Notes: generated from the sequence alone by a model not told the origin. A DNA stretch of 56,195 nt from Phoronis australis (GCA_002633005.1 NMRA01000713.1:95312-151506); one strand, 5' to 3'. Shown: positions 11,487-25,126, numbered from the stretch's first letter. Numbers and translations are program-made.

Positions 11487-14400
11487 TGTTCGCTTGGCGA
11501 TTCCACTGGCTACCGGTATTTAGTAACGGCTGTGTTAATGGTGGGAACTTCACGGCCTTCTTGTTTGGAATACAATTTGAAATCGGTATGCATTGTTTTT
11601 CTTGATTTATTTTTTCTATTTCTTGAATTACAACAGTGACTGGACCTCTGTGTGCTGGTTCGGCTATTTCGTCTGTTTGGCGATCCCAAGTTGTCCATTC
11701 GACAACTAGCCTGTCGGCGCGACCCAACTGTCATGTTAGCTTGACAAGTAAATCAAGATTGAAACATGGGGCTCGTTCCAAGAAAACTGTCTTAGCGAAG
11801 ACAAATCTTAAACTCAAGTCAATTTTAAGACACACTCTGAGCCTATTACACCCAGCTTACGGTTAGTGTATTGTGACGGGAAATTTTTGCATCTATTTTA
11901 CTGTCTTGTAAAACGAAAAAAATAATTTCGGCATTGAAACGCTGTGCAAAGTCTTCCAATAATAGAACTCTAGGTATCGTGCTACTACCACCCGACCACA
12001 CAACGACCATTATTAGCAGACAATGTACTTGCCACAAGTAAAACATGCTACACTGTATGTCTGACAGGTATCGAACAACCAGTCAGTTATCATAGAACAA
12101 AAATTGACAAATTTCAAAATTAATTTTGTCTGTCTTCTCTTCCCATTTTGGCATAACTTAGATGCAGTACACACCTACATTTAGAGGAATGTTGTCTATC
12201 ACTCTGATAGATTGTGATATCAGAACTGTGATTGTGATATCAGTAAGTATGGTTTATGGAAAATATTCAGTGCTTCTTTTAGAACAGTGTTAATTAACGC
12301 TTAGTATAAGCACACAAAATACACCATTACCAAAAGGTTATAGAAGCAGGAAGCTACAAAAAGTACAGTGTATACACGATGAAAACAGAAAATTGCAAGG
12401 TAATTGAGTCACAGAATCAGAAAGGCTGACTGCAGTGAAAACTGATAAGTGACTCTGCAATCATCAAATTTCACCTAGGTTATAAGTTATAGAAACCTTC
12501 CATATCTTACCTGATAGAGTAAATGTAGTACCATCAGACTGCTTGAGTGAACGCTACTCCTAGCNNNNNNNNNNNNNNNNNNNNNNNNNNNNNNNNNNNN
12601 NNNNNNNNNNNNNNNNNNNNNNNNNNNNNNNNNNNNNNNNNNNNNNNNNNNNNNNNNNNNNNNNNNNNNNNNNNNNNNNNNNNNNNNNNNNNNNNNNNNN
12701 NNNNNNNNNNNNNNNNNNNNNNNNNNNNNNNNNNNNNNNNNNNNNNNNNNNNNNNNNNNNNNNNNNNNNNNNNNNNNNNNNNNNNNNNNNNNNNNNNNNN
12801 NNNNNNNNNNNNNNNNNNNNNNNNNNNNNNNNNNNNNNNNNNNNNNNNNNNNNNNNNNNNNNNNNNNNNNNNNNNNNNNNNNNNNNNNNNNNNNNNNNNN
12901 NNNNNNNNNNNNNNNNNNNNNNNNNNNNNNNNNNNNNNNNNNNNNNNNNNNNNNNNNNNNNNNNNNNNNNNNNNNNNNNNNNNNNNNNNNNNNNNNNNNN
13001 NNNNNNNNNNNNNNNNNNNNNNNNNNNNNNNNNNNNNNNNNNNNNNNNNNNNNNNNNNNNNNNNNNNNNNNNNNNNNNNNNNNNNNNNNNNNNNNNNNNN
13101 NNNNNNNNNAAGCAGAGCACTAAGCAGAGCTAGATACTACTACTAACTACACTACCACACTAGACGCTAAGCACCACAACCTGTGATCGAAACCACCAAC
13201 ACACCTTCATTATTTTGTTTCATTAGTAATATCTCGCGATTCGTTTGCATATGTAGCGTATTTATAGTTTGTAGTTAGTGGTCGTTGATTTTTTTTGGAA
13301 TGATACGCGTACTTAGTATGTTAAAAATAGCATTGGTGTTTAGTTCCTTACGTAGGCCGGTCGAACCTAGGAACCAATATGGGTCAAACCAAGTTTTTTC
13401 GGTTTTATTTCTTTTCTCGTTTTGAAAAAGTACTTGGCTATCATCGGAAAGGTAGCACATTCTACTCAGAAAAAATCGAAAAAGTATCAAAATCGGGGCA
13501 AGCAGTGTAAAGTTATTGGAAGTTTTGTGGCGAAATTTGGGTCACTTTGTTTGGATCGCGTCGGCCATATTGGAGGACAGCGGGAAAAGTTACGAGTTTA
13601 AAACTTTGTGTAAATTGTTTTCGCCAACAAATTACGGTGAAATTTAGTTAGACATATCTGTACTTACTATTCTGCACGATTTAACAGTGTTCACCAAATT
13701 TCAGCCTCGCAGTTGTTACTCATTAAGTGATAAATGTGCTCACAATTCCCGTTGGACCTCATTCCTGGCGGCACCGACAACATGGCGACTTTTGCTGAAC
13801 TGAAAAGCATGTTCAATCGGCTACTTTGTAATTTGTGAAGATTTAACGTTGACACATTTTGACAAACGTTGCTACAAAAAAGAAACTTTGTTCAATTTTC
13901 GTGTTTTTGTCCAAAAATATAAGATATATTTTAATGTAAATTTCCCAATAACCTAAAAAATAGTTGAAATAATTTTGAAATGATTTTTTGTTTGACTGTC
14001 AACTGCTGTTCAAGACTTGATTCGGTGTCTGTGACAAAATGATTCATATTTTTCAAAAAAATTTAAGTCTCAATTGCTTTCAAGTCATGTTTTGTAACTT
14101 ACTGCTTCTTAATTCAGGTTATCAAGTCAACAATATGAATAATCTTAATTTGAGAAATAAGCTATGTTGGATTGTGGAGCTTCAAGCCTCTAATTCTTGT
14201 TCCTTGCAACTTCATGTTTTTTTAAATGATGCTTGTCAAATTCTGGTGTAAGGAAACACTATTCCGTCACCATAGTAATACTTACATGTATGTTCACTTT
14301 CATATCATGGAAACTGTTGCTGTTGAATAGTGTTTGTAATGCTAAATGTTGTAAAGTATTGTGCATTTTAAGTTACTTAATATCTTAAAAGTTTGAATCA

Positions 14401-15015
14401 TTTTGGGTTAATGAATAAAAATGATAAGTTGTATTGGACTTGTCATACTTATGTGCTCGAACGAGCCCCGTTTTGGAGAACTGGAAAAAGGTCTGCCTCA
14501 GTCACAGAAGCCCGAATTCCGAAAAAAGTAGAAAATGAGACAATATTCCACTAGAAGACAGGAAGTACCAAAATTTAATTAGAGTCTGCTATTCATAGCT
14601 CTGAACATACCCACTGAATCTTATTGTAAAAGACAGGCATTCCCAAAAATTCCAGCTCCCCCATTCTTTTAGGCTTGGTGCGCTCATACAAAGTCTGGGA
14701 AAATCTCTATTGAAAGCCAACAAGTTTGCACAGTTCGCCAGAAGTACCCAAGTTCTAAATAAACCTCGCTTGAGCGAGCGCTGTGGCCAGCGACCAGTTA
14801 GGGTAGCCTTGGCGCAAAGCTTTATAGGCCTACTAACAAACTGTATTTTGACGATAGTCTTCACTGGTAGCTTGTGACTCAGGCTAACTAAGGTCTGTCG
14901 CGGCAGTGTGACACAGGACTAACCAGCCCGTAATTTCATGCAAGTGTCTGAAACTACCCTTGAATATATGCAGCATTTATGATTTGACCATTCTACTTCG
15001 ACAAAACATTATGAT

Positions 15016-15487
15016 TTGACCATTCTACTTCGACAAAACAGCTTGCAACCGCATGCATTTACCGTTCTGGTCTCGATCCGCACCGGGTCTGATAGGCTGC
15101 GGTCCCGAGTCTGGCAAAATAATTTCTGTCAAAATTTATTCGCCACATTTCTTCAGCAAATTCGATAAAATTGTCCATAGTTTGATTTTATTAAAATTAA
15201 GGCGCGCTGTCGATTATTTTATCCCCGTTTGCTGGCTGGTAACAGTACTGGCATTGCTCCAGTCCCACTGACGGCGTTTTCTCGGCCTGGGTTCCTGAAT
15301 GAATTGTACTTCCGGGTTCGCGGCAAGTTCAAAATGGCGGTGGTTCTTCGGGTGCGAATCGTGAGTGGCGAGTTCGTTTAAACTTTTTTCGAGTACGGAT
15401 GTATTAGTTATGGGGTAAGTACTTATTGGATCCTTATAACATCCTCTAATCATGTAATAAGGGTTAACAACGCGTGAGAGAAGGACT
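15016..15487 (-). mobile_element. Terminal about 470 bp of a TTAA-flanked, Kolobok-like DNA element; inverted copy of 19166-19651
   Basis: Reverse-complement match to 19166-19651; ends ggact|TTAA. The adjacent ~32-bp unit is tandemly duplicated at about 14975-15040. Confidence 0.7.
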
Positions 15488-15993
15488 TTAAAGAACNNNN
15501 NNNNNNNNNNNNNNNNNNNNNNNNNNNNNNNNNNNNNNNNNNNNNNNNNNNNNNNNNNNNNNNNNNNNNNNNNNNNNNNNNNNNNNNNNNNNTTTATGTT
15601 GAATTATTCAACGGTTCTTTTAAGAACCATTTCACGCTATACCTACAACCAACGGCCCTTTTAAGGGCCACTCAACACTTCCCAGAAGAACTGCTCACTT
15701 GAGAATGTTGATTTATAAACATGCTTTCGTAGTTTTCTCAGTAGGCCTATGTGAACCATAAATCACAAACTGTCCGATAACTGTGCTGCTATGCTATTGG
15801 GCAAGCAGACGACATAATCAGTCGGCACCAAAGTTTGAATTTTTTTAATTAATTACCAGTAGAATTGCCAAAAGTACTCACAATACCAACACTTTTACTA
15901 TTGAAAGACTTTGAAAAGCGTTTCAATGCCGAAATTAATATTTCTCGTCAAAATACACTAACCCGAAACTGCACCAGAAAGGTCAGGAGAGTT

Positions 15994-17293
15994 TAGTCTC
16001 CTGCACAGACCCACGAGATAGTCTCCTGCACAGACCCTCGAGGTTGGTTGGGGTCTGCTACAGCGCACTTTTCCATATGCATTCTTGGAATATCATTGGC
16101 TGTTCCGATTTCAAGAAACAAGGCATTCTATTGGTCAATTGAATAATAGGTCAAACTAGTTCACCAACATGGCGACTTCCAGTACGGGAAGAATGTTGAT
16201 GGATTTATAGCTGTTTAAATCCCTCTGTTCTCGTCAAACTCCCGCATTTCAAAGCTAACGAGTCAAGGAATACATCAGAAGTAACGTATACGAAACATTT
16301 AATGATAATTATTATCTTGTATACTATGCTGTATTCTGAAGTGATGTGATTTTTTACGAAATAATTTGTGGAAGAGATAGGCTGATTAGGGGATTAGGCC
16401 ATTCACAACAACAGTCATTTTAGGCATACTATAGCACCGAATAGCGGGAAAGGAGTAGCCAAGTACGTCGTAGCCACGGGAGATTGCCTCGATCTTTTCA
16501 GGGCACACCCTCTCGTATGTTAACATGTTCAAGTACTTTATGTAAACTCCCGTGATTATCGTGAACGTTGAATTATTGGGTCAGATAAGGATATGTGCTG
16601 AAATACTGCTATTCATTACATGATTGACATTGTCATTGTAATGTATAGTACACTGGCACACTTGTCACTACCCACAGAAGTTAGGAGCATAAAAATACAG
16701 TCAATGGTCCTAAACACTCAAGCATTAACCAGTCTAGCAATAGTTTTATAATGACTGACATCACTTTTGTCGGTGCCATTCAGCAGTGCCTCTGTCTCTG
16801 ACTGCCATCGTACAGTCGTACAGAGTAATTTCAGAGGGTGTTTGTTGCTGTGAAGTTAGGATTAAACACACTCTTTTTTATAGTCAGCAAGATAAAACCT
16901 CACCCTTTTTTGAGTTGGCACAGTGATTAAAAATGACCCATTTTGGTGAGAGCCTCAATGGAAGAATCGACTTTTCTGATAACATAATTATGCAAAGTTA
17001 TTATTTACAGGGAATTGAATTTCAGCAAAAAGCTCTCTGGGCTGTTTTCTTTTTAAAACAACAAACCTCAGTTGCATATGAATGAAACCTTCAGTGGTTT
17101 TGGTGCTAAAATGGATCATTTTGTGCAGACCAAAAAGTAAATATTTTTGTGTGGAATTTATTTGTAAATTCACCCTTTCATGGTGACTTTTGCAATTCCC
17201 AAGTCACTGGTCAGAGTGTCACATTTGCAAGTCTCCTCTCTCCTGGACCCCGACTTGTCGACTGTTTCATTTTTTCTTTCCACGTTCACATGA
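15994..17293 (+). repeat. About 1.25-kb interspersed repeat, uninterrupted copy
   Basis: Colinear with 22271-22946 plus 26438-27001. Starts with a duplicated TAGTCTCCTGCACAGACCC, a terminus style I associate with non-autonomous Crypton-like elements (uncertain). Confidence 0.85.
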
Positions 17294-19165
17294 TGTTTTA
17301 ACGCCTGCTATTCAGTGAAAAATAGGTTCCTGTTATACAGTAGAAAACACTGGTTCTCAAAGTGGGGGTATGTTACTATTACCATTATGTTTTGCTCAGT
17401 GTTTTGAGCAACATGTTAGTGTTTCATTCTTGTGATCTACATAATACAGCAGTGATATTAGTCAACATTTCGGTCTTTTCGAACAGTTTTTCAAAATTAC
17501 AAATTTGACTCTTAATGAGGGGGCCTCCTCGTGGCAAGAGTTGGGCAGTGTGAAATGCTTCAGAACATTCGCACTGGCAAACACCCTCACGTTGACATCA
17601 TTAACGTGTTCCTAGAAATAGCATACCCATAAGCTACAAGAAACACAACATGCCAAGAAATTTATCTAACCATTGGGAACTTTATTTTGCTGATGTATTG
17701 ATTATAAATATGATTTAGTTTAGCGATAGACTGAAGTACTAAGTCTGGGCATTAACATAGCCGTGGGTGCACAACAGGGCTATCCCCTCCTCATTGCAAA
17801 CCCTTCCCCTGATAGAAACTCATTTGTTCTTGCCTAGCTTCCCTGTCCCTGTCCCCTGTTTATGCAGTGCCTCCAAGTTGCCTCACATTGCAGTCATAGG
17901 TTGCCAACAATTTCAAGTTTAGCAACCTGTTGAATAATTCTGACTACACCAGTGTTGCTATGGGAATAGGTTACTAAAGACCCGACTGCCATTCAAGTTG
18001 CACATTCCCTGCCTTGTGAAAGGATGAACCATTATGAAATTAACACCTGGGCCCTGGGCTTCAACTTTTTACTCAGAATTATTTTTGTTATTTTCTATTC
18101 TAGTTTTGTTTGAACTTGAGATAAGTTTCTTTTATTCTATGTGCTTATTGATGGCAATAATGATCCTAGCATTAGAGCTAAGAGCTCGAGTAAGAGGTTT
18201 TGCGAGAAATCTTGAGTTTTTACTCAAATTTTAGCTCGAATCTAGTGGTCATTAAGTACTATCTTGATCTCCCAATAAAGTGGACTAGAAGTGACAAAAA
18301 CAATTTCGAGTTCGATTTGGATTGAAAATTTCACTCTAGAGGTGTATTCCCAAAACGTGATCGCATAATCCCTTTTCAGGGTTTTAAATCAATCCATATA
18401 AGACTGGGCTGGAATCTGTTTAGCCCAAAAAGCATTTAAATGCTATGTGGAGAATAATAAAACATCTGCACTAAACTGTGTTAAAAAATGAACCCCTTTG
18501 AAGTTCCTTATCCACAAATTGTACCATTTTTCTAGCTGCTATTAACCCAACCTCTTTTTAAAATCGTCATCTAACAATATAAGATTGGTCTGGTACAAAC
18601 AATGTTGTTTTTGGCCAAATTGATAGCAGAAATCACAAGCACTCACATGAAGATTGGCATTGGATTTGGATAGTAGTGTCTGATGTCACTCTTCATGTGT
18701 GCGCTCGTGATTAGACTCTTGATCTCGTACTGTTCCTTACTGAGATCACGTGGTATATTGGCTTCGGTTGAACTGGTAGTTTGTTATTGCTGAAGACCTG
18801 GTGCAATAACTGTGGCTTTGAGCAATAACAAAGTTTGAATTCTTCCAAGTCCACTAAGGAACATGTTGAGACAGGGATATATACAGGGCTTGGAATTTCC
18901 TTTTTTGTTTTTATTTCCTCTTATTCGATTTCCAGCTTCTTTTTTATCATCATTTTTTGGCTAACTTGATTCATGCAAAAACATTTATTTCAGTTTAATT
19001 TTACAACACAAAAATATTTCTATCACACAAGCCTGGTATTTGTGAAATGATAGATCACCTGGAAAATTTTCCTCTTATAGTCATGCCAATTCCTGTATAT
19101 AGTGGTAAGTTGTTCAGATCAAAATTTATTCTTTTTCATATAAGACGCATTTATAGCAACTTTAA

Positions 19166-19651
19166 AGTCCTTGTCTCACGCGTTGTTAACCCTTATTACA
19201 TGGTTAGAAGATGTTATAAGGATCCAAGAAGTACCTACCCCATAACTAATACACGATCCGTACTCGAAAACAGTTTAAATGAACGTGCCACTCACGATTC
19301 GCACCCGAAGAAACACCGCCATTTTGAACTTGCCGCGAACCCGGAAGTACAATTCATTCAGGAACCCATACCGAGAAAACGCCGTCAGTGCGACTGGAGC
19401 AGTGCCTGTACTGTTACCAGCCAGCAAACGGGGATAAAAAAAAATCGACAGCGCGCCTTAATTTTGATAAACTCAAACTACGGACAATTTTATGGAATTT
19501 GCTGAAGAAATGTGGCGAATAAATTTTGACAGAAATTATTTTGCTAGACTCGGGACCGAAACCTATCGGACCCGGTGCGGATCGAGACCAGACACTGGCG
19601 AACGGTAAATGCATGCGGTTGCAAGCTGTTTTGTCGAAGTAAAATGGTCAA
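19166..19651 (+). mobile_element. Kolobok-like element end (TTAA|AGTCCTTGTCTCAC), inverted partner of 15016-15487; runs into a gap
   Basis: TTAA plus RR terminus. Homology resumes after the gap: 20051-20117 is the reverse complement of 13206-13270. Confidence 0.7.
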
Positions 19652-21035
19652 NNNNNNNNNNNNNNNNNNNNNNNNNNNNNNNNNNNNNNNNNNNNNNNNN
19701 NNNNNNNNNNNNNNNNNNNNNNNNNNNNNNNNNNNNNNNNNNNNNNNNNNNNNNNNNNNNNNNNNNNNNNNNNNNNNNNNNNNNNNNNNNNNNNNNNNNN
19801 NNNNNNNNNNNNNNNNNNNNNNNNNNNNNNNNNNNNNNNNNNNNNNNNNNNNNNNNNNNNNNNNNNNNNNNNNNNNNNNNNNNNNNNNNNNNNNNNNNNN
19901 NNNNNNNNNNNNNNNNNNNNNNNNNNNNNNNNNNNNNNNNNNNNNNNNNNNNNNNNNNNNNNNNNNNNNNNNNNNNNNNNNNNNNNNNNNNNNNNNNNNN
20001 NNNNNNNNNNNNNNNNNNNNNNNNNNNNNNNNNNNNNNNNNNNNNNNNNNAAACTATAAATACACTACATATGCAAACGAATCACGATATATTACTAATA
20101 AAACAAAATAATGAAGACTTTTCGAGCAAGCCATAGCACATTCAGTTACAAGGAAAAAATGACGGCGTTCAGGACAAGTTCCTGAACTGATGAGCCGGAA
20201 ATGTGGGTACGGAAATAACCGATGACAACCGGTAATCATACGCTCAGAGAGTAGGGTCAAATACTGTTAAAAAATCGCTTTTGGCAAGAAAGGCGAAAAG
20301 AATATAAAGAAAGGGTGTCGAAAATAAGAATTTATGTTGTAAATATTTTCGGATACTAGAACCACATGGGCAGTTTGCAACAAGGACTTTAAGGGATTTA
20401 ATTCGAATGAAATCTGGAAGCTAGAAGACACTATCTGATAAGCACATTCTGAAATAACAATTGTGCTTGTATTTTCCAAGATGTTCAACACACATTGTTA
20501 GGTATAGGGATAGGGTTCATTCCACCATCCTTGGGCTTTCAGAGTACCCTCCTAAAACCATTCCACAGGTTTATATAAGATACGACACTCAACTGGGTGA
20601 TTTTTCTCAAACATTTTCTCTTCAAAATGGTGCTTGAAAAAATCCCTACCAAAGCAAACTTTTTCCCATGAATACAACGGGTTTCACTCTAGAAGTTAAA
20701 ACACTGCAAATGGTACCTTTTTCCTACTGCAAAAGGGATTTTAATACGATGAACCTGTATTTTTAAAACCTTGGACACCATACTCAGTTTTGACAACAGG
20801 AATCTCTGAGCCGACTTTTTCAAGCTTAATGGGTGAAAAAGACAGCTGTCAAAGAATTACTATGAAAGGATTCAGTTGTTAGCATTAGCTCTTATAAAAA
20901 GATTGTGCATTTGAAACATTAGGCTACAATTTTATTGAAGTCCAAACCTCAGACCACAAACATAATGTTTTTTTAGCCACTGCCTAAATGGGTGGAGATT
21001 CTTCTAGTACCAGATATGCACAAAACTAAAGGTTA

Positions 21036-21468
21036 GGGCCCATTTGGAACACCTCTCGGGTATTTTCGTAGCTACAAATTTACCCTCGGAACATCTGGAG
21101 CACCTCGGCTATTTTCCTATTTACATGTACAAATTTTTCTTAGAAACACTTCAGGTATTTTCGTAGCCTCAAATATCCTCTCGAAGATGAACGTTATCCA
21201 AAATATGGCAAGTCACATGATTTTCAATCTTGACAATAATAGGCTAACTGAAGTCCGCACACATGCAGAGAGCGTTCACCTATTACGTGAAATTTGAGGT
21301 TACGAAATCACCCGAGGTGTTCTGGATGCCCTTGGAAGTTAATGTTTTCAGTGCATGCTCGAACTTTATGGCCAATCATTCTCCACTAAGTTTGATAATC
21401 ACGCAGGTTAAATTCATCTCCAATGAGCAGTTTGAGGCCCCGAATATACCCAAGGTGATCTGAATGGC
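21036..21468. mobile_element. PIF/Harbinger-like MITE with subterminal repeats
   Basis: tta|GGGCCCATTTGGAACACC...GGTGATCTGAATGGC|tta. Internal gtattttcgtagc..caaa units are mirrored by tttgaggttacgaaatcacc. Confidence 0.55.
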
Positions 21469-21671
21469 TTAGGACTCTCAAGTTGTGTGGGGTCCCACCT
21501 CAAAAAGGGAAATGGGGAAGAAAAAAATAGTATGTCAACGAGGTGAGGGGTGTAGCTTGAGAATTTTGGCTACCTGTAGGGTCGATAATTGTGTTGTTCT
21601 AGGAGGTGAAGACTGTGTAGGCTTCAAAGTGGTGGAAATTGGGTGCCAGCAGTGTCTACTGTAACACTGTA

Positions 21672-21834
21672 CAAAGAGGGATAGGGGAAAGGGGGGGGGT
21701 GCGGCAAGGGGGCCTTGGCCCTGCCTAAAATTCTCCCAGATTCCATTTGGTAGTTTGGGAGTGCAAATGTTTGACGGGCAAAATACTCTGCCCTTGCCCC
21801 ACCCCCCTAACTCAAAATCCTGGATCATCCCCTG
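21672..21834. mobile_element. CAG..CTG family MITE, degenerate left TIR, 5-bp TSD CTGTA
   Basis: ctgta|CAAAGAGGGGAT...AAATCCTGGATCATCCCCTG|ctgta. Confidence 0.7.
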
Positions 21835-23180
21835 CTGTAAGATCTTACAGCAGGGGAGGATCCATGATTTCGGGATGTTTTCAATTCATAAAAAGCGTTC
21901 AAAAATGAAACTGAAAAATGTCAAGGGAAAAGAGTGAAGCCATTGTTAATTCAGGTTTATTTTCCTAATAAGTAGTCGATAATTACATGATTTTACGTCA
22001 GTTATTTGGTAATATCACAACATATAAACAGCTACCTCACCAGAGAGTTCCCCCCGACCGCCAACGCGACCCAGTCGCAAAATAACTTTACTCTAGGGAC
22101 ACCTAGCGACCTTATAACGTAATACCGGATGTCAGCATGCGCAGAACAAACTTCCTGGTTAAAAATTGCCAGCTGACAGCCAATGAAAACCATCGTTCTA
22201 GTGCGCTGTACCTGGGCCTTCACAAGCAATCCGTGACGTCAGCTTGTGAGGCCCGGGAACCAGGTTAACCCACGAGATTGATTGGGGTCTGCTACAGGGC
22301 ACTTTTCCATCTGCATTCTTGGAATGTCATTGGCTGTTCCGATTTCAAGAAACAAGGCATTCTATTGGTCAGTTGTATAATAGGTCAAACTAGTTCACCA
22401 ACATGGCGACTTCCACTGAAGGAATGTCGGTGGATTTACAGCTGTTTAAATCTCTCTGTTTTGATCGAGCTCCTGCCTTTTAAAGCTAACGAGTCAAGGA
22501 ATACATCACCAGTAACGTATACGAAACATTTTATGATAATTGTCCAGTATACTATGCTGGATTCTGAAGTAATGTGATTTTTTACGAAATAATTTGTGGA
22601 AAAAATAGGCATTACCTGCCATTACCATTACCCCATTAGGCCACCCACAACAACAGTCGCGTACTATTATAGTATGCCACGTAATAGCGGGAGAGGATTA
22701 GCTGAGTGCGTCGCGGCCACTGGAAATTGTCTCGATCTTTTCAGAACACACCGTCTCGTATGTTAACATGTACATGTGCGTTATGTAAGTTACCGTGAAT
22801 GCCGTGAAAGTTGAATTGGTGGGTCAGATAAGGATATAATACAAAGTCACTGGCACACTTGTCACTTCTAACAGAAGTTAGGAGCATAAAAATACAGTCA
22901 ATGGTCCTAAACACGCAAACATTAATCAGTCTACCAATAGTGTTACCAGTGTCGGATCTAGGATATCACAAGGGGGGGCCAACATTTTGTCCGGCTGTAA
23001 GCATTTGCGCAAACTGAACCACGATTTTAGATGCGCATAGCACCGAATGGGGGGAGGTCCCACCCAGGAAATTTTTCTGTTTTTACCTCTAGAAATCCAG
23101 CATTTTCCTTGATTCCTGAAGTATTATCCAAGAAAAAAAGGCAAAAAAGGGAGAACGTGTCAAACAGGAGAAACTGCAAG

Positions 23181-23245
23181 TACCAAAGAGTCGAACTCAC
23201 GACCTGGCGGATAGAGCGCGCGTGCGTTACCACTACACCACCACG
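23181..23245 (-). repeat. tRNA-derived SINE-like head (Pol III A and B boxes), not an intact tRNA
   Basis: Minus strand TGGTGTAGTGGT (A box) then GAGTTCGACTC (B box); no convincing acceptor or anticodon stems. Confidence 0.55.
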
Positions 23246-24852
23246 ATTTAACTGCTAATGTCATACTAAGAGACCTACTTGTTTTTGGTCCACAGCGTTT
23301 GCGCGCGGAACCTACTTCTTTTTGTTATGCTTATTATATATTTTGTGCCATCAATTCTTAACAAATTTGTCGTATTTGAAATAGTCTTCAAGTGCCCAAA
23401 AGACCAAATCCGTTTTTCGTGTTGGCAATAATGACGGGATTGCTTTGGAAATCGTCTTAAGATAAGGTAGCGAGGACAGCATTCTTCAGCGAATCGCTTC
23501 GCGTATCTGTCACCGTGTTAAATTCGCTCACTACAATCGGCAAAAAAATAACCCAAAAATGTAATAAATGTGAATAAAAATTATTGCAAAGTATGAAAAA
23601 ATATATTGTTTTACTTATCTGATAATCTTTTTTTGTCGCAAAATTCGTTTAATAATACTTTGCACGAGTTTTTGCAGGGACGTGACCGATTTTTCAGACC
23701 AAAATGGATGCCGGTAAAAATGACTGCTATTTGGTTTTCAACCCAGGAGAAGACTAAACTCGCGAATTTTTACGTGAAACTTCGTGAAAGAACAAAAGGG
23801 AGCCTTGCGAACACGATTATGTAAGTAGTTTTCACTTTCCTGCACTTAAAAGTTGAAAAAGTCGCCTGTTCCTGCGACCTTCAACTTCGAGCTGAATTTA
23901 TTGGTATATAGCATAAATTGCAAATGTAATGAACTGTATTCCGCACTAAAGGGTTCATTAATGAACTATTTCAAACACTTGTTCTAAACGAACATTTCGT
24001 CAATTTCTGACAATCGGGCGAATTTCTGACTCACTTCGTAGTTCCGGGTACTGCCGCTAGGGGTGGTCCTGTGAATCGCGTTGAATGTTTGGTTTACAAT
24101 ACTGAAGCACTTCAACTTTTCCTGATGAAAACTCAATGTAAAAGAGAACTAAACAGTCACTTCTCGTAGTGAGAACAATGATTCTTATATTTAAGTTTTT
24201 TTTCTATTTTGCTTCGCATTTTTGTTGGTCAAGCCACTGATAGACTTGGGTTGGCTTGCTGCCAGAGAGGTCCACACCCATCTTGCCTTGTTGGTCATGA
24301 CATTTTATTCAGAATATGTCAAGATAGAAAATGAAAATGTTTTAACTTTAGATTAAACAAATATTACAAGTGTACAAATCTACTGCAGTCCTGTGTTTCC
24401 AAGACTTTGTGGTCCACTATTTTGAAACATATACATGCTTTCGATAAACTTTTTTTCTGACCATGGGCCATTATATATAGTTTTTAACAGAACAATTGAG
24501 GTTTGCCTAGACTGTTCATAAATCTCACCCTGATCTTTATCCTCCAGGTAAGCTTCGTTGGAATTTGCTGTGGACCAAACCAGTTGTTATTTTCTTCATT
24601 ATTTTTGTTCTGATAATTTCACTCCTATTTATCAGTTTCTATCATCATCATGTCTCACATTTCTTTCTCAACAGACTCTGCTTCTAGCTCTTGGTCCAGA
24701 TCCTTCTACTTTCCTGCTTCTACTGATTCTACTTGCATTTAATCAGTTATTCAGTTGGACATGATCTCATAGACAAACGGTCAAAGCCTCCTTCATTTTG
24801 GCTCTCCCCTCCACCTATCGGACGGTGCTTTTCAGCTCCTGATGCTGTNGGA

Positions 24853-25126
24853 TTGGCCCCCCCCCCCTTCCTTAAGGACGCCACAAGTCTTTGTAAGGTA
24901 CTCCACTGACTTGGTCATTGAAAGGGTTTGGCTCCCTTTTCTTGAGGATGCCACAAGTCTCTAAGGTGCTTCGCTGACGTACACTAGTCAGTGAAAGGGT
25001 TTGGCCCCCTTCCTTGAGGATACCACAAGTCTGTGTAAGGAACTCCACTGAGCGTCTGTTTGCTGGAAGGTTCTCCACTGTCAATTGTCACAGAAAGGGT
25101 TTGGCCCCTCCTTCCTTGAGGATGCC
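24853..25126 (+). repeat. Degenerate ~70-bp minisatellite, 4 units
   Basis: Core GAAAGGGTTTGGCCCC-TTCCTTGAGGATGCCACAAGTCT at about 24853, 24920, 24993 and 25092. Confidence 0.8.

Noticed and set aside
11846-12046. ORF MFYLWQVHCLLIMVVVWSGG as the signal-peptide exon of the DUF4773 gene
   Set aside because: Its donor is phase 0 while exon 3187 needs phase 1, and the sequence is a copy of a repeat also at 7354 and 15864.
11768-14469. GGGGCTCGTTC inverted pair as TIRs of a 2.7-kb element
   Set aside because: Only 11 bp match, flanks show no TSD, and an assembly gap lies between them.
15053-19614. Paired similar ORFs (15053-15453 and 19047-19614) as duplicated genes
   Set aside because: Chance frames within an inverted repeat; indels shift frames between copies and no domain is recognisable.
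23181-23245. tRNA gene
   Set aside because: A and B boxes are present but no cloverleaf can be folded; treated as a SINE-like relic.
24853-25126. CRISPR array
   Set aside because: Eukaryotic context, no cas genes, degenerate repeats and mutually homologous spacers.
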